46,688 bases of DNA from Trichomonas gallinae (lineage: Eukaryota). Within the stretch, counting starts at the first letter, position 1; each line of letters opens with the position of its first letter. Under the pieces are notes generated by a model, which searched no databases, was not told the origin of the DNA, and saw only the letters and a list, made by a program, of their open reading frames with translations. This document shows, in pieces, positions 10,501 to 19,500 of the stretch. A program made the translations under genes and the position numbers. The stretch spans positions 1 to 46,688 of the forward strand of contig MRSU01004077.1 of the NCBI GenBank assembly GCA_008369845.1, read 5' to 3'.

Positions 10501-13500
10501 GCGATGATTTCGCGGAAGACTACGACTTTGATTATTTCGGCCAAAGATATATTTCACCTTATGTTGAAGAACCTCAACCAGATGAAGAGCCTGTTACTTC
10601 AAAGACTGAGCAAAAGTCGAGAGCAGAAAAACGTGCAGACATTGAACAACCAGAATTTCATCCTAAAGAATCAATGAAGTTCGAACAAGCTGAAGTTCAA
10701 GAAACCACTGAACAATTCGAAGAACCTGTTGAAGAAGAGGAAGAGGCATACACAGAAACCACCGAACCAAGCAATGCTTGGGAAGAAGGTGCATTTGCAG
10801 AAGATGATGACTTCGCTTATGTTGGACAACAATATATTTCAAAGAAGTCAGAACCGGTCCAGCAAGCTTCAGGCAAATCAGAGTTTGATGAACTCCTTGC
10901 TGAAGAAGAAAAAGCTTCCAAGCCTGTTCAACAACCACCTCAACCTGAAAAGAAGCAAACCGTTCCTGTTCAATCTCCAGAATTCCATCCAAAGGAGTCA
11001 ATGAAGATAGAACCAGCACAATTCGCCAAATCTTTGACTGATGAAACAGTTGATGAACCTATTGTTAAAGAAGAAATAATTCCTGCAGAATCACATCAAA
11101 ATCAATGGGCAGAGAATGCCTATGACGAAGATGATCTCATGTTCAATGGCCGTAAATATGAACCCAAGCTAGAAACGAAACCAGCAAGATCGGATTCTCC
11201 ATCAAATTTCCAAGGCAAGGCATTATTCGAAACATTGCTTGCTGAGGAAGAAGCAGCAGCCAAAGTACATAAAGCTTCACAAGAAGCCAAAAAGTCTGTT
11301 GAAGTTAAAATACCTATTCATAAACCAGTTGATGTTAAAGGTGTTAAAGAATCAAAGAAAGTTGAGCCAGTTCAAGAAGTTGCTAAGAAGCCGATAGTTA
11401 AAGAACAAGTTTATGAAGAAGAGGAAGATTACATGAAAGGAACAGGAAAGGCAAAGATACCAATAGACATATCAAAAATCGTTCAGTCACCATATGACCT
11501 CGGAACGAAAAAGAAGAAGATCAAGAAGGATTTGTTCCCACCAGGATTCGAACCAGGAGTTATTGCTTGTCTTGAGGCACCAGAAGTTCCACCAGGTTTC
11601 GAGCATATTTCTAAACCAGTTGAAGTTAAAGCAGAACCAGTTGTCGCTGAGGAAGAACCATTTGTTGAAGAGGAAGAGCAACCAATTCCACAAAAGTTTA
11701 TTATCAAGTATGAAAAGATTATTGATTACATGACAGCAAAGAAGAGATCATCATCACCACCATCAATCATTCCTGAAAGAACATCGCAAGTCGAATCTGT
11801 TATTAACACACCAGGATTCATTGAAGATCTTACCAAGAAAGTTCAGACAAAGAAGATCAAGAAGACAATTGTCAAGAAGCACAAGGTTCACAAGAAGTCG
11901 TTAAACACAAACGATATTGATGATTTTATTGCCGATGATGATCATAAAGATGAAATGAATTCCATGATTAAACAAATCACAACTAAGGTTGACGTTCCTA
12001 ATATTGACATCTACATGAAAGAACAGCCACCTCATGCTCAAGTTCCAGAACCACAGCCAGTCAAAGGCCTTCCAGAGAACTGGGAAATCCTTGTTTCTTC
12101 TGATCAATCATCCACTTATATGAGCGACTCAGACTTTGATCTTCCTGAAGATTTGTGGGGTGACGGCAACTTCATCATGAGGAAGTCATCAAGTGAAGGA
12201 AGCATGTCAGATGGTTCAGCAGAAGCTTCTGAGGAACTTCCATTATCTTTGATGGATCCTTCTGAATCTGCACTAAGAAAGAAAGACCTCGAAGAAGCTG
12301 CACGCGACAAAATCAAGATTATTGAAGATGAGCAAGAACAAGCTGATAACGAACAAGATTGGAATTTGGAAGACTCTGATAGTCCGTTCGAGTTCCAGCG
12401 TTCAAGTCCATTCATCAAGAAAGACAGAGCTCATAAAGAGGAAAAGAAGATTGAAGATGATAACGATTATTCCTACGAAGAAGAAATCATTGAAGAAGAT
12501 ATTGCGGAACCAGTAGTTGAAGAAACACCAAAGCCTAAGAAACAGTTTACTCAGCCACAGATAATTATCCCAATGAATGTAATTTCTCGTGTTAAATCAT
12601 CAGCAAACAAGAAGAGATCATCATCTCCACAACCAGTTTCATTCCAGAAGACACAGAAATTCATTGAATCAGAAGAAATCAGAATTCCTGTTGCACAAGG
12701 AAAGCCCATATTATCTAAACAGAAACCAATCGCTAAACAACCAGCGAAGATATCTATTGACCCTGTTAAACCTCGACAATCAACACAAACAGAATCGCCT
12801 AAGAAGACTGTTAAAGAACCAACTCCAATCGATGCCAAAAAAATTGTTCAAGAACAAAAATCAATTCCACAGAAGAAAGCTGTTGAAGAGCCAAAGAAAG
12901 TTATCGAAGAACAAAAGAAGATTGTCGAAGAGCAGAACAAACCAGTCGAGCAAAAGAAAGCTGTCGAAGAGAAGAAGCCAGAAGTTACAACTAAACCTCC
13001 GCCACCGATTGTTGAAAAGACAAAGAAGAAGAAAGATAGAGTTACAAAGAATCAGAGGCTAGCAGCTGCAGCAGAGAGGAGATCAAAGTCCCTTGGCGTT
13101 GGTGGTGAAGTCCAGGATGTTACATTTAAGCCAGCTGAAAACGTCCATAAGATCGAACAGCCAGAAATTGAAGAGCCACCGTTTGGCCATTCAGAAGATT
13201 TCGATGATGTTCCAAAGAAACAAACTTCCACAACATCAGTCTTTGACGTTGATGAACCTGCTTTTGGTCAACCAGATAACTTTGATGATTGGGCTGCTGA
13301 CGGTTTCGCAGAAGACGATCCATATTTCGGCACTCATCTTCAATATAAACCTCCAGCTACTACTGAAAAGAAGCAAAGCAAACCATCAAATGCAAGATCA
13401 ACTTCTCCAGCCAGTAGATTTAATGATGACTTGGATTACCTTAACACTCCGATATTTACAACTGAAAAGGATGCAAAGAACTATAAGAATCTACATGGTG

Positions 13501-16500
13501 AAGTCAAAGTTTACGATGAATCTGCAGCAACTATCGGCAAAACATGGAGCCAGATCCAAAACATTGCAGCAAGGCCTATTGAACTTGATGATTCACCAAT
13601 ACAAGTCAAGGAAGATCACGTTGAAGAAGTTCCCGTAAAGTCAATCAAGAGAAGAGCTAAATCAGCAGGTGCAAATTCACCAGAAGATGTTGAATTCAAG
13701 CCAAAGAACTCTAAGAGAATGGAACAACCTGAAGTTGAAGAGCCACCATTTGGTCAACCCGAGAGTTTTGACAATCCAGAACCAGTTGTTCAAAAGCAGA
13801 CCGTACAAGTCAATGAATGGAGCGAATCTGCATTTACTGAAGAAGATCCGTTCTTCGACTACAACCTGCAATACAAACCAAAGTCAACCGATACGAAACA
13901 GAAAACAAAGAAGAAATCTTCTTACGCGAAAGTCGGCTCATCATCCAAAGCATTCTACGAAGATGATTACGAATCAAAACAAAAGCTCCTCGATTTCGAT
14001 CTCAATGAGCCAGTTTTCAGCTCAGAAAAGGAAGCAAAGAATTACAAGAACAAGCATGGTGAAGTCAAAGTTTACGATGAGTCTATTTCTAACATCGGAA
14101 AATCATGGGGACCAGTTCAACAGATCAAAGCTAAGCCAATTGAGTTAGATGACTCACCAATAACTGTTAAACCTGCGAAGAAGAGAGCAAGATCAGTTGG
14201 CGCTTCTTTGATAAGTGACGTTGAGTTCAAGCCAAGTCAGAATAAACACAAAATTGAGCAGCCAGAAATCCAAGAAGAAGTTGCTAAACCCAAGCAGAAA
14301 CCGAAACCAAAGAAAGATATTCATCCATCAATCTTAGACTCTGAACCATCATTTGCTCTCGCTGAAAGCCTTTCTGAGTGGAGAGCAGATGCATTTGATG
14401 ATGAAAATGATGTATACTTCAACACAACTTTGCAGTACAAGCCTCCTGCTGATGCTGGCAAGAAGCAAAAAACAAAGAAGAAATCAGCTTACGCAGCTGC
14501 TCAGCCTTCATTCGATCGTCTATATGAAGATGAAGTACTACAAGATAAAAACGAGCGCGATAAAGCTGCAGCGACTGCTGTTATCGATGTTGCTGACTTA
14601 GACTTCATCAACCAGCCAGTTTTTGCAACAGAAAAAGAGGCAAAGAGTTACAAGATGAAGCATGGCGAAGTCAAAGTTTACGATGAATCAATTTCCAATG
14701 TTGGAAAGTTCTGGGGACCAGTACAGAATATTTCTGCAAGACCCATTGAACTTGATGACACACCAGTTGTTGTTAATTACAAACCTCAGTTCAAGAAGAT
14801 CGAAAGAACAAAGAGATCCCAGTCAGAAACTCCAAAGGTTGGCTTCAAACCATCGAAACATTCAGCTTATGAGCCCCCAGAGTATATACCAGAGATCAAT
14901 TCAATTGAAGAAGAACAGAAGAAAGAAGAAGAAAAACTTGACACCAATGAGGATATGTTCTGGAGCTCATCAAGGAATATGGATTCATGGGATGATGTTT
15001 CAAACGAGTTCGTTGATGCAGATGACTACTATATTGGTCGTCGCTACACACCAACAGAAAAGACACCAAATCCAGCTAGCACGAGATCAAAGAGTGTTTC
15101 TAAAGATTATGAAGGTGGACCACTTACTTTCACTGCTCCAATTAGAGGCAATTTCGTTAAGTCATCATTCAATGACTTAATGAATGAAGAAATGAAGTCA
15201 ATGAAGAAGCCTGCAGCTTTGAAGAAACAAACACGTTCAAAGTCTGTTCAAATCAAGAGAAGGAGAAGAGATCCAACAGATGCAATTCCTGATGCAGATT
15301 TCAAGCCACATCATATGAAGAGACACATTGAAGCTCCAACATATGACTATGTTGCAGAACGAGCCAGACTTGCTGCACAGCGTGAAGAAGAAGAGGAAGA
15401 AGAAAAAGCCAGCGAAACTCAAAACAAAGAAGTCACATGGGATAATATTATTGAAGATCCATTTAATGAAGAAGACATGTTTTACTTCGGTCAACAATAC
15501 ATTCCTAAAGAAGATCATGTTATTGAGCACAGCATCAAACTTGGCAAGAAGAAGCAAAAGAAGCAGCGCAGCAAATCAGAATCTGCTACAAAGATGCTAG
15601 AAAATCTCAATCAAGAAGAGCGTAAGCCCCCACAAAGAACAGAGTTAATATATGCAAACGAATTGCTTAATGAAACAGATTATATCTTGAAGCATGCCAA
15701 CGATCTGCAGAAAGGAAATCGCATGAAGAGAATGGAGAATGATATCAGAGTCTTTGACAATTCAATTTCGCAAGTCGGCTCAGCTTGGGGACAGGTTAAG
15801 TCAATCAAACCGTTCAAATTCGAGGAACCTCCTGAGGAATATCTTGCGCCAACAGACACATATGTTGATACTGGTGATAAGGCACAATTCCACCAAATCA
15901 AGAGGAAGAAACGCGCACAATCTGTTTCTGTAACAGCCCACTTCACTCCTTCTGCAAAGAAGACAACGAAATATACAGAAGCTCCAGAATACAACGACAG
16001 ATTTGATTTCAATGATTTAACCTCACAAGAAACGATTAAATATTATGACCAGGATGAAGCAAAGAATGCCACCCCTTATGTTGAAGGAGATTTCAAGCTC
16101 ACCGAAATGAACCACAAGTCCAATGTTATTGACTTCACAGAAAAGAAGGAGAGCGGCGCTAAAGAGATGCCAGCTATGACAGAGAGCGAATTTGATGCTT
16201 TGATCAACTTCGATCCTTCTAAGCCATTCCAAGTTCCACAAAAACCAAAGTCTGCAGTTCAGGATAATCTAGATAACTGGCAAGAAGTTGATGATTTATT
16301 CGATATTGCACTTATTGGAAGAACATATCATCCTGTTCAAGATGTCAATTTCGACGATGTAAAGTTGGAGGATCTCGAAACGCACGAAGAAATCACACCG
16401 AAGAAACAGAAACGCGCTAAGTCTGTTTCAGCGAGACCACAAAGAGGCTCAATTGCTAGGTCAGAGACTGCACAACCAATGCGTAGCACAATCAATGAAA

Positions 16501-19500
16501 AGCCATTAGTTGTCAACAAACAAAAGCCAGAAGGCATCAAACCATTCAAAGCACCAACATTGTTACCTAAGGAAATGCCACAATACGACTCAGACGAGGA
16601 CATTGAAGTAACATGGCATGTTGATCCAAAGAGAATTATTGTTCCAGCGGAATCATCCGATTTCTACAAGATTATGGCACAGGAAGAAAAGAACAGCCAA
16701 AATGCAAATGCAAGGGCCATGGCTACATACATCGAAGACTTATATGAAGAAGAAAAACCAAAGAAGAGAATGAAAGTTTACGGAAAGAAAGAAAAGTTTG
16801 TCGTTCAGCCTGAAATCGAATTCAATGAACCAATGGCGCCAACATCTGAAGTCAGAATCGCATTCAAGAAGAGGAAGAGAACAAAGCTTCCAGCTTACGA
16901 TCAAACGGTATCATTCTCACCAGATACAATCGATTACGAAGAATCAATGTATCCAGAATATCCATATCTTGAAGAAGACAAAGCCATTTTCGAGAACGAA
17001 GACAAAGAGGATGAACAGAAGAAGCTACAAGAAAAGGAGAAGAAGAAACAAGAAGCCCAAGAAAAGGCAAACAGGAAGACAATGCTCAAGTCAACATTCT
17101 TCCAAGATATAGATGAATGGGCTCTTGCTAAGGACACTGTTTTCACAGAAGAACTTCCATTCGGAATCTACAAAGAAACATATGTTCCAACTGGCCGTCG
17201 CTCGAGAAATTCATCACCTTCTGGAAGATCACCTTCACCATCCAGGAAACTAGCACCAAAATTCAATGGTCCATCTAAGCAATTCTATGTTGACGGAGTA
17301 CCTCTCAAAGCTATTCCAATAATACGTGGCAAGCAACAAGTTGAGCAGCCAAATATGCCTGTTGTCTACAATAGACCACTTGGAGAGGAAGTTCAGCCTG
17401 AGCCAAAGGGAGTTGTCATCAAGGCACCAGTCATCAAAATTGGCGGAAAGAGCGGACCTCTTGCACTTCCAGCTAAATTCCTTCCTCCGGCTGTCAAAAT
17501 TGGTGGCAAGAAACAAATCGAAGAACCAGAAACGAAACAACCACCTCAGAGGCAAAAGAAGGAACAAATCTCCGAGAGGGCCATGTATGGAGCTCTTGCA
17601 GGAATCATTAACTTTGTCCCTGAAAAGAATACAGAAGGGCCAAATGTTTCTGTCTTCACACCACCAGTCAAGAAGTCAGAGCCAGCGAAGTTGACCGTCA
17701 AGAAGGCACCAAAGGTCGCTGAACTGATTGTTAATCAGTACAACAATGAAGTCGAAGCTGCTCAGAAATTAATAGAAGCTGAGAAGAAGAAGGAACTCAT
17801 TAAATCAATGAACGACCATGTTATTGGCGCTCCATCAATTCCATTTGACGAGTTGATGAGACAGGAGGAAATGGCTGCCGCTGGTGTAGCTAGTGAAGAG
17901 AAGATCGAGCTTGGCTGGGTACAGCAGCCAATCGCAGTGAAGCCAACACCAGCCCCAGTATCACCATGGGCCAACCTTCAACAATATCAAGAACAGAAGC
18001 CTCAACAAACTCAACAACAAAGACTTCCTACAGGGAGAAGACAACAAAAGGAGCAGCCCGACGAGAAACTTCGATTCAAGCCTATCAGACCAATGCCAAT
18101 CAAGAGAGAGGAACCAGTTACAGATACAACAACATACACAAGACCAGTGCCTCAAATTACGCCATCGAGTTTCAAGCAGACTTTCAGACCAGCAACACTC
18201 AAATACATCAACGAGGAAGGCAAACTTGTCGTTGAAAGTACAGCAAAGCCTCCAGCACCACTTGCAAAGCCATCTCTATCAATCAGGAGAACGAAACCAG
18301 GAACTACAGAGTCAGATCTCGTTGTTCTTCAACCACAAGAAGAGGAGCAGAAGCCACAAGAAGAAGTTGCTGAAACTACTCCTGAAGTCATCGAAGAAAC
18401 TAAACCAGAAGCAGCTGAAACTCCAGAAGAAACAGCTCAGCCAGTTGAGGAACAACCAATTGAAACTCAACAAGCTGAACCACAACCAGCGGAGATTAAG
18501 CCAGTTCAAGAAAGCAGCTATGAAGAAGAATGGCAGGTGTGGAATGATGGACTCAGGGGAGAAAAGAAAGAAATCAAGAAGAAGAGTTTCGTTTTCGATG
18601 TCAAACAATGGGCCAAGCAAGATGAGGTCGTTGCCGGAGAAAGGCCAGAGGAGGAAGAAATTCCAGAGGTTAAACGTGATCAAGTTAATACCGAAGAAGA
18701 CGCCAAGATTCCAAACTTCTGGCTCGATGAAGCAACAGAAGAGGAAAAGGTTATTGCAGTTCAGGAAGAAAAGAGAAGAGAAGAGGAAAAGGCTGCCATT
18801 GCTGCTGCTATGGAAGAAAGAAAGAGAGAAAAGGAAAATGCAGCACTCGCAGCGTTGGAAGAGAAGAAGAAGGCAGAAAAAGAAGCTCAGCTTGCTATCA
18901 ACCAAGAGAAGATGGCTGAAGGAGATATTCAAGGTCCAAAACCACATGAATTCGAGGTTTCTCTTCCAGACGATATCAAAGCAACAACTCCAAAAGATGA
19001 TGCAAACTATATCCCAACATTCGAAGAACTCGAAACTGCAAACAAAGAAGAAGTTAAACCTGATTCCAAACCAGCTGTGGAAGCTCAACCTTATGAAGAA
19101 ATCAAATCTCAAGCGAAGAAGAGCGAAGATATTAAACCAGATGAAAACGAGAGGGTTGAAGATATTAAGCTAATTGCAGAAACAAAGAAACCTGAAGAAA
19201 TCAAAGAAGATTCTAAACAAGTCAAGAAACCTGATGAAGCTAAACCAATTGAAGTAAAGAAGCCTGAAGAGTCTAAGAAATCAGAAGATGTCAAGCCAGC
19301 AACAGAACATGAGAATGTCGAAGATGCTAAACCAGCTGAAGTTAAGAAAGTTGAAGAAGTTAAACCATCAACAGAAATCAAAGAAGCTGCAGAAACTAAG
19401 CCAGTTATTGAACTCAAGGATCAGAAGAATCCAGAGGAAACTAGACAACCAATTATTCCAGAGCAAATTGTTACGAAACCAGAACAAGAAGAAATACAAG

